A stretch of DNA of 64,000 nucleotides from Azolla caroliniana (GCA_043228905.1 JBHGNT010000002.1:8370001-8434000); one strand, 5' to 3'. Counted from the first letter of the stretch, positions 49,113 through 62,600 are shown. Numbers and translations are program-made. Notes: a model not told the origin generated them from the letters alone.

Positions 49113-52100
49113 TCATTTCCATCCAAGTCTCTCGAAGAGAAGCGGAAGGTCAAAGGGTTGCGATGTGGATGTGGCCCGTGGTCCCCATGTAAGAGGTACC
49201 CCAACCATAGCTTCTAGTCGACGTAGCTCACGTTCCCTTATCTTCTTAATCTTGTCTACTCCACGTTGACTTGTTTTGAAGCCCAACATTCGAGGGCGTT
49301 TCGTTATTCTTTGCATTTCTGCTTCCTCAAGGGAGAGGCCGAGCGGCGTAAGTGTATCCACATTCATCGTCTCCCCTTGTTCCTGAAAAATTACACTAGT
49401 TACATGGTGATGAATACTAAGAGGGTTATCGTTAGCACTTTGTAATTTATTCTCCCTATGTTGTTTTAGGTCTAAGATATATCTACCTAGTCTCTTTACA
49501 TTCGGGGTATCTAATAGTTTGGAGAGGGTGGGAGAGGGTCCTAGTATGTCTTGGTATTCCGCTCGTATCTCGGCATAAGTTGGGCATTTGCATGTGAAGT
49601 GATACTCATCCTCTATCTCTATGTGGCATAACCTACATAACCTTTCCTCTCTAGGGACTCTATTAGCCCGACCATTCTCAATCTCAAGTTGGTGAGATGA
49701 TATCCTAAGTTGTCCAATGGCCACCCTTAGTGCATTTGATAAGAATGTATCTAAATATCTTGGTCGTGTAATAAAGCCTAGCGTAGAGAAGCGCAAGAAG
49801 TGTTCCTTATAGTACACCATTTTAGATGGGAGTGGTTCTCGTGGGGTGATCCATTTGTATCGAGTGTAAATTTGCCATATTTCTTGGCGTATCACTTTAT
49901 TACGATCTTCGTGAGAGATTAAAGTTTGATCAGTCCCATGGTTGTACTTAAGGGGAGGTAGGTTATTAATGTCTATGTCGTTCGCACGGAGCCAACTCAC
50001 CACGATGCTATACCAAGAGCTAGTGTCGCCAGACACATATAAAGATCGAGACGCCTCAAAGGGATATCCTATCTTGTGGTTGGCTATGTATCCGATAAAT
50101 AAAAACTACCACTTGAAAGAGTGCTTCTACTAACATCGGGGGTAGACTGAACTCAGCTCTAATAATGTCATGTGGTACTGTCGATTTGCTTCGGAGTTGA
50201 CGTGATAACATCGTCACTAAAGGTCTCTCTAATTGCGTCCACATGAAAGATGGTAAACCTGGAGCCCATACTACTGATGCATACATGAGGGACGGGGTCA
50301 CTAATGAGTCAAAAAGCCATCCCTTAGTCCGTGGCTCTTGAAAGTATGCCTGATGGCATTGTCTCTCTAAGAGTGAGAGGGATGCATACCCTCTCGTTAG
50401 CCTATCTTTGGTTGCCTGGGTCATCGAGAATTTACCTGAGCGAGCACTAAAGGTGACTCCCAAGTATACATACGATCCCACTACCTCAACTGGTTTATGA
50501 GAGAGGATTAGGTGACATTGGCTCCTAACTCGGGACGATGTATGATAAGGACTTTAGTTTTCGCTAAATTCACTACCAGTCCTCGTTGTGTACAAAAGTC
50601 ATCCAGGGCATTAAGATGCTTTTGTAGGTCGTGTTCCGACTCTGAGAGCAAGACAATGTCGTCTGCGTAGAGTAAGAGACTAACTTGCGTCTCCCCAATA
50701 GCTACTCCCTTGCCTCCCTTACGAGCAATAAAATCAGTGATCTCATCAATGTAGATCCCAAAAAGAGTCGGTGATAGGGGGCAACCCTGTTTTACACCAA
50801 TGGTGCTAGTGAAACAATCGGATAGGCCACCTGGGCATCTTACACACCCAGAGACTTGCTCATATAGGGCATAAATGGCCCAGATCATGTCATCTGGTAT
50901 CTCCAAGCTCTTAAGTCTATCAAACAACCTTTCCCTAGGAACCGTGTCAAAGGCCTTGCGAAAGTCCACAAAGCAACAATATAGTTTCTTCTTACGAGCC
51001 TTTGTCTGGTCAATTAAGCACCTGAGTGTGAAGATATGGTCAATAGTGGAGAAGGCTCGTCTAAAGCCAGCTTGCTCAGGTGCTCGAAGACTTAATGTTT
51101 CCATATAATCACTGAGCTCCGCTTCCATTACTGCACCATATAGTTTAGCGAGCGTATGACCTATCATAACGGTCCTATATGTATTTGGGTCCATTGAGTC
51201 CCCTCCTTTATGTATAGGGGCCACTGTGTTCATGGCCCATTGTGGTGGAAAACCCTCGGCGAGGGCGCGGTTGAAGATTAGAGCGAGAAGGGGGGCTAGG
51301 CACTCTCGAGCATATATGATGTGCTCGGCACACAATCCTGTGTGGTCCATGGATTTCCTATGTTGTAATTTTTTGATGACCTTCGTGACCCTAGAGGTCG
51401 TGAAAAGTGTCCCCATGGTAGGTCGAGGTGTGGAGGGCATTGGAATGGGTGGTTGGTTCGGGACATGGTAGAGTCTCTCAATATATGTGTGCCAAATATT
51501 GGGATCCTCGATGGGTGTTTGTGGTCTCGGTTCCCGTAGCCTCTTCCATGCGAGGGCACAATCCCTACTCATGAGCATATGGTAGAGTTCCCAATATTGA
51601 GATGCTTCCCAAGCCCGTCTTTTACGACGTGTCATCTTGCGCATCTCTTTGCGAGCCTGTACTGAGGAAATAGTACCACTAAGCCGCGATACTTTAAGTT
51701 GTCTATACAACTCTCTACAATCCTCATCATACCACTTGTTCTGTGGCATAGACCCAACTCTACTATGATTGGAGTCTTTCGTGTATGGGAAGCTACTAGT
51801 TGCTGCTGAGTGGAGGATGTGTGTGAGTTCTGTAGTGAGGTGCTCTAAAGGCAAGGAAGAATCAAAAGAGGAGAGATGCGCTCGAACATGTCGAGAATAG
51901 ATGTCAGCGAGCTCATGCGTGAAATGGATTATAGTGCGATGGGTTGGTTTACTAGAGTTGGTGGCGTGGGAGGCGTCACATTTTAGCTCAAAGTATAGGA
52001 AGCTATGGTCTGCGCCAATGGGGCATGGGGCCACCCGGAAGGAGCTAACCATGTGGGTAGCTTCAGGGCGTCCTATTAGGTAATCAACTGTGCTTTCCCC

Positions 52101-52814
52101 TCCTCCATGTGGGAAACATGTGAGCTCTTCCGAGCCCGGCCACTTGGCTAAGCCATTATATATGATCATCTGGTGTCGGCTTCCAAGTTCAAGCAGATGA
52201 TGGCCAAAGCTTGTGGCGTCCGCACCTTGATCTTTTGATGTACGTGTTATGCCTAAGGCTAAAGGGTCGACATTCACCATTTCTAGGTTTCTATCCATCT
52301 GAAATATTGTGCATTGGCGGGATTGGGTTCTCGCATTGAAATCTCCTACAAGGAAGACTTCCCCTTGAGAAGAATATCGGATTATGTCATCCGATAAAGG
52401 TTCGTATGGAGAAGGCCCATGTGGTGTTCCTTCATCAACTATACTCGCCACTCCAGCCATATTATACCGAGATCCTTTCGGGGGGAAGTAACAAATGGCA
52501 ATAAATATCACCTGATCTTTGCTAGTGAGTACTTTCACCCACATAAAACGGGCTTCTGGGTCTTTCTTTAGTATTTCTATCCTACTATGTATCTCTCTCC
52601 GAAATAATATCGCAACCCCTCCAGACCCTCTAGTAGTGTGTCGACGTGAGGTTTGTCTAAAGACAGATTCCCAACGAAAACCATCAACTCGTGGTAATCC
52701 TCGATTTGGACTTTGATGTGTTTCTACCAAAAAAAGTATATCAGATACCCTCAAAATCTCCTCTAGACGGCCAGGGTGTGTCCAAAGTGCACCGTTACAA
52801 TTCCATAAACTCAT
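49113..52814 (-). pseudogene. LINE ORF2 (endonuclease-RT-zinc finger) broken by two small frameshifts (~50545, ~50060)
   Basis: Three consecutive ORFs in the track join into one ORF2. The first ATG is at 52814. Confidence 0.88.
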
Positions 52815-52850
52815 CCTAAGTCTATTATTTGTCACATGGGCCACACGCCG

Positions 52851-53654
52851 TCAATTGGCAGCGCGATCATTTATTATGACCCGTCCGTCTCGGTAGAAGG
52901 CACGATGCCCCTCTTTACGAGCTTGTATGACTCGCGGCATACAAGTTTTACGATGCTCAATTTGCATCTTGGTCAAGTCTTCATCGAGGTAGATGGGCTC
53001 CCCGCCCAATCCTCGAAGAATTGGTCTCTTTTTAAAAAAGGCGATTCTAGATTCCGAGTCCTTAAATTGAAGAACTAAAGCTCTTTTCCTAGTGGTGTCA
53101 CGCCCTACCCTCCAAGTTTTAGTGATTGGTAGGGCTTCATATCCCAACATTTTACCCAAGGTTTGTGCATCTTCGTCGGGAGATGCCCCTTCCTTGAGCC
53201 CAGTAACTCGTACATTTAGGCGTCGAGCTTGACGCATTTTTTCCTCCTCGAGGGTAGTGTTTACAATATTTTCGTCCTTTAGTTCTTTTTTAATATTACG
53301 TTTTACTACATCAACCCACCCAGTTTTTGCTAGTTCCATATCACTTTTAACCTCTTCTTTAACTTTTTTTATCTCGTCCTTAATATCCTCTAGAGAAGAT
53401 ATTTCACCATCTTCCCTAGATGTTTCAAGGTCCTTAATTCGTTTTTGAAGGTTTACGTTATCTACCTTAAGTTTCGCTACTTCAGCAATAAGCAATTCTC
53501 TTTCTTCCTTATCTTTTTGTTTTTCAGCTTCAATTTCTTTCACCCATTTTTCCATTTTAACGAACCGGTTAAGGACATCTAAAAAATCTTCCTTACTTAT
53601 AATTTCTTCGTTTGTTTCCTTATGGTTTCGTCGAGAAGTCATCTTGTAATTCAA
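52851..53654 (-). CDS. LINE ORF1 (coiled-coil plus RRM-like nucleic-acid chaperone)
   Basis: A heptad-rich N-terminus followed by RRLNVRVTGLKE, WRVGR and IYLDEDLTK, typical of LINE ORF1. Confidence 0.8.
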   Translation of the reverse strand: MNYKMTSRRNHKETNEEIISKEDFLDVLNRFVKMEKWVKEIEAEKQKDKEERELLIAEVAKLKVDNVNLQKRIKDLETSREDGEISSLEDIKDEIKKVKEEVKSDMELAKTGWVDVVKRNIKKELKDENIVNTTLEEEKMRQARRLNVRVTGLKEGASPDEDAQTLGKMLGYEALPITKTWRVGRDTTRKRALVLQFKDSESRIAFFKKRPILRGLGGEPIYLDEDLTKMQIEHRKTCMPRVIQARKEGHRAFYRDGRVIINDRAAN

Positions 53655-53770
53655 AAGATAAAGAAAGAAAAAGACAAAAGGACAGAAAAAACTTAGCCGA
53701 GCATCGACGTCTTTCGCGCTAGATATGAGTGTAGAAGCACATGTATGCTTGTTTCAGCCGGTGACGTCGT

Positions 53771-53870
53771 NNNNNNNNNNNNNNNNNNNNNNNNNNNNNN
53801 NNNNNNNNNNNNNNNNNNNNNNNNNNNNNNNNNNNNNNNNNNNNNNNNNNNNNNNNNNNNNNNNNNNNNN
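53771..53870. other. Assembly gap (100 N)
   Basis: Run of Ns. Confidence 1.
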
Positions 53871-53896
53871 ACCACGTAACGGTCAAAACAGAGAGT

Positions 53897-53899
<3 letters not shown>

Positions 53900-53944
<45 letters not shown>
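53900..53944. repeat. (AG)n microsatellite
   Basis: Read directly. Confidence 0.97.
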
Positions 53945-53948
<4 letters not shown>

Positions 53949-55548
53949 AATAGAAAAGATATTTTATCATCCATGATGAGGCCAAATTTGCTCGTTGGGA
54001 CCAAATCGACATATTGTATTGTATGTGACTCCTTCCTAAGAAGAGGGGTTACTACTGTGCAATAAAAACACTCCTGATGTGAAAATAATGCATACATATA
54101 TGTGCTCGCCCTTCTTGGTGGAAATTGGAGATTCACATTATTGTCTTCGGAGGTCAAATATGACCCATGGACAAAAAAGACGAACACGAACAGAAAGAAG
54201 GGAAGAGTAGAAAAGACGGAGGGAAGTTCGGGATCAGCAACAGCTCGGCTTGAGCCTAAATTGTTTAGCGGCTCGGCTCGGCTCGAGCCCTGCTTAACCG
54301 GCTCAAACCGGTTAAGCCAGTTATATTTATTTAATAATTAGGTTATAAAAAAATATTGAACTTTAGAGAGAGACTGAGAGTTGATTCTCGAGTCTCTGCA
54401 TACAGAAATAGACATGAGAGAGAGAGAGAGAGAGAGAAGAGCCTCCTGAGTCCTTCGATCGAGCTTCGAGAACCACCTGCGGCCTGCAGGCCTTCAGGTA
54501 AGAATTACATTCCTTGCTCTCCTCCCCACCATATACTGAGCATAAGAATTTCTATGTGGTATGTATGCCACATCAATCAGAAAAAACAGAATGTTAACAC
54601 TCTTTAGAATGATTGACATGTGATCAACAAAGAGCCATCTTCCCAAGTAGAACACACCATCACTAATTAATAGTTTTGGACTTACTAGCAAATGGTTTTT
54701 ATGCTTTGATTATTGTGGATTTTTTTTGTTGAAAACGAGAAGAAACCCTATTAATTAATGATCCTTGCAACTAACTTTACCTCCTAACCATTGGGTTTTT
54801 GTTCTAATAGTATCCTACTTTTGAGCATTACGAAGAAAAAGCTAGCCTCATTCTAATTGTTTCTCCTATGACAAAGGACCGATGACAAACGTATTTTTTC
54901 TTTTACCTATGATGATGTTTGCTCACTCTAGAGAAAGGAAGTAGAAGGAGATAGAAAGAAGAGAAAAGAAACAAGGTAAATCTTCCACTAATCCGTCCTC
55001 CTTTTAATTCAATATTCGTCAGAATCCCTCTTTTTTCTGGTCATTTTGAGCTCGCGTGTTTGAGTCTTGGATAGCTGATTTGTGTAACTTGCATATAATC
55101 GTTTTAAATTTCTTTGGAAAAAACTAAAACTTCTATTTATATACAGGGAAAATGTAAATGTAGAGCTAATGTAAACTTACTTCTATCCTGTATATCACAC
55201 CAATGTCTCTCACTTACTAGCTAGGGTTCAAGTTTCCCCCTTTTATTTAATCAATATGTACAATAAATATTTTCTGTATTGGTAGGTTAAGTATTGTATT
55301 TAACAAAACAAAAAGCAATATGGCTGACTAACTTTAAGGTATAATACATATTATGTGTTTCGTGAGGTATTATGCGTACCTAAATGTTAAATACGTGTAT
55401 GTAAAATGCCCAGCTTAATATACTAATGAACCATAGGTCTTTGTCCAGGCCATAGCCATCCAGACTCATATATATTGAACATAGAATATATACATTCTAC
55501 TATATATGTGTTGATACATTTAACCATATCTGCTTTGAGCATCAGAAG

Positions 55549-58375
55549 ATGGCAACTAGTAGATCACTAGCTGACAAGAATGCCAAAATCCAGAAATTTG
55601 AGGCGTTTATTGAAGAAAAGCTTAAGCCCGACCTTGTACATGTTATATCTCAAAGGTATAATTGTTTTCCATTATAAGGGTATTCTCTTCAATTTTGTTC
55701 TTTTTCTATGTCAAAATTGATTGACCATCTTTGTTGGTTGTGCAGAGACAAAGTTATGGAGGAACAAAAAGTACTGTATCCTCCCAAATTATTTTGATTG
55801 TTTTTTTTAAATGGGTATTTACCAGAATACCCTAGGTTTTCAAATATGATGAGAATATCCCATTCTAGTAATTAATTTTAGGAGTAAAGAGGGGTTATTC
55901 TGGTAAGCTAAGGGTGGTATTTTTGTTGCTAAACTATATGGGCTTGCCATTTTCCTTTTCATGGACTTATAATTTCTACTTGTTCTCCTACGTTGACACT
56001 CCTATTCATTATTTTTGTATTGAAGCTTCCCTGATAGAACTTTCATTCCAAATCTGAGCAAATAAAAGCTAATAATATTATTTTTACAATTTATTTTCTA
56101 TTGTGAGTGTGACACACATATGTTTTTTTCCTTGAACCTTTTTTATCAGCTCAGATTTGTCGAAAAACATTAAATTGTTGGAGCAACAAAAGTTGAAGAA
56201 AATGAAAGCTTTGGTTAATTTGGGGTCAGAAGTATATGCACAAGCTGATGTGTGAGTCTCTCTCTCTAATTATTAGCCTATTTCTCTTTGATGCTTTTCA
56301 TTTTGATCTAAAATCAGAAACTTTATCAATAAAGTATTTTCTGTTACTAAAGTCTCATCCTTAAATATATGCATACTATAACCCTTTAAATTCAAATAGC
56401 CTCAAATAAATCTGATCTTCCCTAGGCACCATTTCTTTAATGAGAAGCACGATGCGTTGATATAGTTTTCTTTGTGAACCCCATGATTACCCATTGTTGC
56501 TTTTTGCATTTAATTTTCATGTTTATTTACAATAACTCTGTTTTTTCTCTTTATCGAAGTTCTTTTATGCACTGGAAATGTTTTGTTGAAATAGGTGAAC
56601 CCTGAAGTTCTGCCCACTTTTAAAGTATAAATTTATTTATTTTATATAATGGACACCTGAAAGCTTTGATAGAGTACCAATTATAATCTTGGGCTTCACA
56701 AATCGTAAGTGTATTTATAAAATATTAATGTATATAAATTAACTAGATCATTACACTTGAAATACAATAATTCAACTATATGTGTCTCGTGAATTTTAAC
56801 TGATTGTGAAGTTTGATTCACTGTATTACTTGAGAACTAGAACTCTGCAGATAAGTGGCTTCCAATTCATCCAGAGAAACAACACTGTAAATTGTTTAGT
56901 AGTTTAGAGTACAATGTAATGGGAGCTTTGCACCAGTGGTAGTGGGTGGATGTTGCTCTCCATTGAAATTGTTCTTGCTTTAGCCTTGGTCCATTGCACT
57001 TGGGTAGAAGAATGTCATGGTACAAGAACCTCCTAAAATATGTGTATATATTATATCGTTTTATGGATTTGTCACTCGATCCTTGCCCCATCTACATGGA
57101 TGCTCACCGTTTACATGGCGTTAAGCTGTAAAATTGGGGAAAACTGCGCCTCATCACATCGCAGGAAGACATGATGGTGTGAAACAGAACATGAGGAATA
57201 TCAGATATCTCGTTGCTATATTCTATAATATCAGAGGAAGCTTTTGATCCATTATTACGAACATTCATGGACTTCTAGGATCAAAGTTGCTTTAAACTTG
57301 GCTTGATAGGACTTCAATGCTGATGGTTTACTCTAACCCTCTGTCCATGTATAACGAGGCTGTGCTTGGGGATCTTCCTTGTAACACATCAAGGAATAAA
57401 TTGCAAACAAAACACATGTGCTTCGCTATGTTACATAGTACATATTATTGTAAAACAAATTATGAATAAATGTTTTTCTTCTAAGCCATTGGTGACGGTT
57501 TCATTTGATGAAAAATATGTTTGTAAATGTAGAAGAACAAGTTAACAACATCAATGCAACAGGATGAAAAGTATAATATCTTATTCTAGATTTTCTTACC
57601 ATATGACTGAAAGAGATGGATAACAGATGTAAACCTGGAGGAAGTTTCACTTTCGTACTATATGGGTCAGGTATAAAAAATCAAATATAAATGGCTGGAC
57701 GAACTTACAGAAAATAGTGCTAATCTCAGGAATGTTTGTCCATAATGTTAGGCTTATGTATGGTGAATATCTCTTGTAGCTCCTTCCATTTTTTCTGTGA
57801 AAATGGATGATCATATTTTCCTAATATTTTCCTCTGTGTGATCTTTGTTGCTCATATTTCTCTTAGTGGGGTTATTGTCTTTCAGGCCTGATACAAGTAG
57901 AATATTCGTGAGTATCGGATTGGGATTCCATTTGGAGTTCACATGGTCAGAAGCTTTACAATTCATTTCTGTGAAGGACGGATTATTAGCTAGGTATTTG
58001 TTATGTGGGAAATAATTGTAATAATTTTTTATATAATTTGATTCTACTAATTATTTTATTTAAAAGTACTCAGAAAAGAATGTAAATTTGTTACGTATTC
58101 AACACAACAAAGAATTCAGCAAAGAAATGGTATGTTTTGTATTCATTTATTTATCTATTTATGCAGACAAATAGAGGACCACACTCGACAGATATCCAAC
58201 ATTAAAGCTCAAATGAAATTGGTTAGCGATTTTGTTCTTTTTCTTCAAATTAGTTGTTTGTTTATACAGGTTGGGATTTGTTAAGAGGGTTGTGGTGCCA
58301 ATAGTTGTAATAGTTTTCTCTTGTGGGTGTTCTCAGGTTGGAGAAGGAATAAAAGAATTATTGAATCTATCTTAA
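55549..58375 (+). CDS. UXT: UXT (prefoldin alpha-like), 146 aa; exons 55549-55655, 55746-55775, 56150-56251, 57886-57993, 58167-58221, 58337-58375
   Basis: The spliced translation reads ...[14 protein letters not shown]...[18 protein letters not shown]...[38 protein letters not shown]...[19 protein letters not shown]. Exon phases are consistent and total 441 nt. The gene is absent from the ORF track. Probable 5' UTR donors lie near 54498 and 54976. Confidence 0.92.
55776..56149 (+). other. U12-type (minor spliceosome) GT-AG intron
   Basis: The 5' site is GTATCCTC. A branch site TTCCTTGAAC (56128-56137) lies about 12 nt before the AG. Confidence 0.85.
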
Positions 58376-59121
58376 CAGTTGTATGATTAAATATGGTGGA
58401 TTTACATTGGGTTTTTTTTTTAACGGCATTATGAAAGCATTTGAGAACTTCATTGAACTTTATACTTGTATACTTCGACATGTAAGATGTGATAATTTTC
58501 AGTTTACAAACAATGTTTTCTCTTGGTAACTGACTTTCTATTATTCTTTGGTGTGCCCTTTTAGATCATAATTGGTCTCTCATGACATCTACCTATATAT
58601 ATCAAATCTTATTTAAATTTTTATTTACTTGTATACCTTTAGCTGAGGCAATTTTCCAAAATTAATGATTGTTTGATAAACATCGAAAAGTTTCCTTATA
58701 TTTCAAAATTCAAGTTAAAACCTTTTTTTAACACTACCTAAATCGGTGGTAATGCTAAGTAAAGAGAAAGTAGTGCTAGTCAAAGAGATGCCATGGTAAT
58801 GTTGCCTACTAGGCTATATATGGGCATCACAAGTTTTTGTCATAAATAAACTCCATAGGCATATCGTCTATCATTCACCCACAAAACGTAAGGCAGCAAA
58901 TGTGTCTATTTCTTTATTTTGCCATTATGAGCCTTCACAAGTTCTTTCACAGTAGGGTCATGTCCATGCACTCTACCTCCCATTTATTTCTGTATTATAA
59001 GTTGTAGAGGACATTGTTTTATCCAAATGCAATTTATTGGCATGGAATGATTTTCCCCCAGTGCAATTGTATCTTCTAATAACATCTTGCAAACTTAGTC
59101 ACATGGAAGCAATTGTCTTGT

Positions 59122-59287
59122 TGGTCATTAGTTGGGCTTTTGTATTAACTGAACCAGTTTTATTAGGTGTTGGACCCTATATTATAAAAGGTTTGAATAT
59201 CTTCAATTGTCATGATGGTCATTAGTTGGGCTTTTGTATTAACTGAACCAGTTTTATTAGGTGTTCGACCCTAGGTTTGAATATCTT
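59122..59287. repeat. ~95-bp period tandem duplication
   Basis: GGTCATTAGTTGGGCTTTTGTATTAACTGAACCAGTTTTATTAGGTGTT x2. Confidence 0.9.
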
Positions 59288-60111
59288 TTGACTATTAGAA
59301 ATATAATTCCTAAGAAAAGTACAAGCGTCATTGTTGATGATAGAAGAATAAAAAGAAAAAGATAGTTGATGGTGGAAGAAGTCAAGGACTTAATAGCCAC
59401 AATCCTCTCATAAGTGTACAAAAAATGGGAGAGTGATGAATTATTTGTAATCACAATGGATGAATAGTAATAAAATAACTTCTATGAAGTACTTTCTATC
59501 TTTGTTGAGTCTTTTTTCTCTTACTCTCAAAGTTAAGTGAGTAACACTAAGAGCCTTGACTAGTGATGAATTAAGTAACTTATAATAATAATTGCTAAAG
59601 TGTGCCATCACAAATGATTGAGAGAACAAGTGATTTGTTGGCCACAGTGCAATGTATACTATATGCTTAGGTGTCTTTGGTTGACCTATTAACTAGAAAC
59701 TAGAGTGGCTTAGTCCGTAGAAAAAAGCCACTAGCAAACTTGAAGGCTAACTAAGGTCGACCCCTTGACGATCATGTAGTTCGCTTCCAACCATAGCAGG
59801 CAAAAGTAGTGAATGTAGTTCCAGACTAATCAATGTCAAACTTGCTCCTATGCATAGGGAGTCAGGGTCGCAACCTAGATAATTACGCATATCCTAATTG
59901 ATGAAGGAATAATTTTTTATCCTCATCTTGAACCTCTCTGAAGATACTTTACTCTTCCAGAAATTCAACCCTCTTTTCTGCTTTGAACGGACAACATTTT
60001 TTATGAAGAAAGTACAAACCCAAAAGAAAGCACCTCTTATGAGAAGACCACCTCATCATTTTTTGACTTCATCTCCAAACAACCTTTGGCGGCTAAGCCT
60101 TTTCGATGGTA

Positions 60112-60613
60112 TTGCTCTACTGCCATTCCATGATATCTAAAAAGGAAGTCATTCCATTCCTCTACCATGCATACCATGACGAACATTAACACCAAGGGTC
60201 ACCTTGTTATTGCCCTCACAACTTTGTTGATGAACAACATATCCTAGTGGCTTGGGTTGGAGGACATTGAAGAGTTTAGACTATGATCGGCGGGATAGTG
60301 AACTACTCTATATGATCATTCTAAGGTTGACCACTCTCCCATGTTCACCATGGTACATTTGATTTGCTCTACTGCCATTCCATGATATCTAAAAAGGAAG
60401 TCATTCCATTCCTCTACCATGCATACCATGACGAACATTAACACCAAGGGTCACCTTGTTATTGCCCTCACAACTTTGTTGATGAACAACATATCCTAGT
60501 GGCTTGGGTTGGAGGACATTGAAGAGTTTAGACTATGATCGGTGGGATAGTGAGCTACTCTATAAGGCCATTGTAAGGTTGACCACTTTCCCATGTTCAC
60601 CATGGTACATTTG
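60112..60613. repeat. 252-bp tandem duplication
   Basis: TTGCTCTACTGCCATTCC...CATGGTACATTT occurs twice with a few substitutions. Confidence 0.95.
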
Positions 60614-61072
60614 TTTTGTAAACTTCCATGTTGTTGTGAAAGTGCTTGTATGTGTGGAAATTTGGTGAAACCACGTTTCCTAGTGGTATGGCTTGGGACA
60701 CTCATATGTCCCAAATTGAAGAGTTTTGACAATCATTGGATAGAAATTATGTTAGTTGCTACAACAATTTTGAGCCTCACCACTCACCCATGTTCAACAT
60801 GGCGTGAAATCAATTATTTGTGGATGCTCTATCACCTAATGTTGTCAAACCATACACATAAGCTAGATCTACCAATTCCTTTGAGAGGGCATACTACAAC
60901 TTGTAATCCATTTTCAGTATCATTTTGCAAATGCTCTATGGATGAATCTCATTAGAGGAAGTGCATTGACTATTATACAAAGTTTACCAACTCTTTGAAG
61001 AGGGTCTGAGCACTACAATTTGTAATTTGGTTTCAACAAATGTTTTGTAAATTTCCACGTTCTCACCAAAAT

Positions 61073-61514
61073 GTTAATACATGTGTGATAGTGTCTACAA
61101 ACCCTAAGGTTGAGAACCATGAGAGGTTTCATGCATGGATTTAGCTTCACTATCACCCTTTTCGACTTTAGGCTCTCATTGATAACTCTCTTTACACTAG
61201 TATGTTAAGTAACATGGGTATTAATCAAGGATGTCCACTATCACCTACAATATTTGGTTTATGCATTGATGAATTGGAAGAAGTGGTGAATAGTTAATAC
61301 ATGTGTGATAGTGTCTACAAACCCTAAGGTTGAGAACCATGAGAGGTTTCATGCATGGATTTAGCTTCACTATCACCCTTTTCGACTTTAGGCTCTCATT
61401 GATAACTATCTTTACACTAGTATGTTAAGTAACATGGGTATTAATCAAGGATGTCCACTATCACCTACAATATTTGGTTTATGCATTGATGAATTGGAAG
61501 AAGTGGTGAATAGT
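61073..61514. repeat. 220-bp tandem duplication
   Basis: GTTAATACATGTGTGATAG...AGTGGTGAATAG occurs twice, nearly identical. Confidence 0.95.
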
Positions 61515-62600
61515 GTTGCGAGAGAAGAAGGATTAGATGGTTGAAACCTTATGCAACAAGTTATCTTCTTGCTTTTATATGTGGGTGATGTGGTTATCTT
61601 TTCACATGGTTTTCAATTGATGGTATGGAACATTTACTTGGAGCATTAGAAACATTTTGGTAAAGTAGTGGACTATTAATAACGAACCATCCAACCTCAC
61701 AAATACCTATGCTTTTACATATAAGGGAGAACATTTACAATTTGTGTAAATTGTTAAGTATCTTAGTATCGATGTACCCGCCACAAATAAATGGAGTCTA
61801 CGCTTTGAGTCTCGTTTTCAAGCTAGTTGGAATGTTATTATATGTTGGAAAGTCAGTGCAACCAAAGTCATCCTCATGGATGAGAAGTGAAAATTAATGT
61901 CATTCAATGCCTTGGTAACACAAATTCAGCTTTATGGAGTAGAAGTGGGGGGAGGCAGTATCTCTCTTAATGCATGGAATGACATTGAGAAGATACAGAG
62001 TCTATACATACATTACCAAAGCCAAGAATATGCAAAATCATGCATTACAACATCTTCCTTTGAATGTTGGATGTAAACTACAAGAATCACAAGAGTAAAG
62101 TTGTCTCTTTTAATTGGGTAGTCGATATCACAAGAAGATTCAAAAGATGGGGAGTGGACGATCTCTTAGAGCTTTCAAATGATGCTATGAAATATGTAGT
62201 TATCGAGGAAAGGTTAATGGAACTACTAAGGAAGAAGTAGACAAATGCTAAAAGGACAAAGTTACAATATTACATTGCAAACATCAACCTTGAATGTTGG
62301 ATTCAATGTAATACAAGAAGGCTTGTTGATCGTATTTAACCTTATCTCATTACTAACATGATTATAACTCTTGTAGAGCCCTAACCCTTTGTGGCACTTA
62401 ATTACGCAAGCTAGGTATATCGTAGTTGCATTGTGGCATCAAAATCCATCAAAATTGCAAGGAAGGGCAAGTAGAGGATAAGTATCACTTGCTTTTTACA
62501 TGCATCACATATAGTACAATTTGTGAAAGTTACAATGACCTATTAAGAAGGGGTAATTACTTGAGTCATGAAAATATTATCAAATATACTTTATATACAA
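61180..62600 (+). mobile_element. Degenerate RTEX-like LINE, RT to C-terminus
   Basis: Translations GINQGCPLSPTIFGLCIDE, LLLYVGDVVI and NCKEGQVEDKYHLLFTC. Confidence 0.75.

Larger units (their letters stand above)
48887..53900 (-). mobile_element. Near-full-length RTEX-like LINE with ORF1 and ORF2; boundaries approximate, 5' end crosses a gap
   Basis: ORF1 is 52851-53654. ORF2 has an APE (WNCNG, VETH, GDFNAR, ADH), an RT (GVKQGCPLSP, YADD) and a C-terminal CCHC (RLCRLC...EDEYHFTCKC). Confidence 0.88.

Noticed and set aside
53693-54187. ORFs spanning the N gap
   Set aside because: They are artefacts of the Ns and the (AG)n repeat.
56252-57885. Intronic snoRNA or poison exon in the long UXT intron
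   Set aside because: No convincing C/D or H/ACA box pair or antisense element was seen by eye; an Infernal search would decide.
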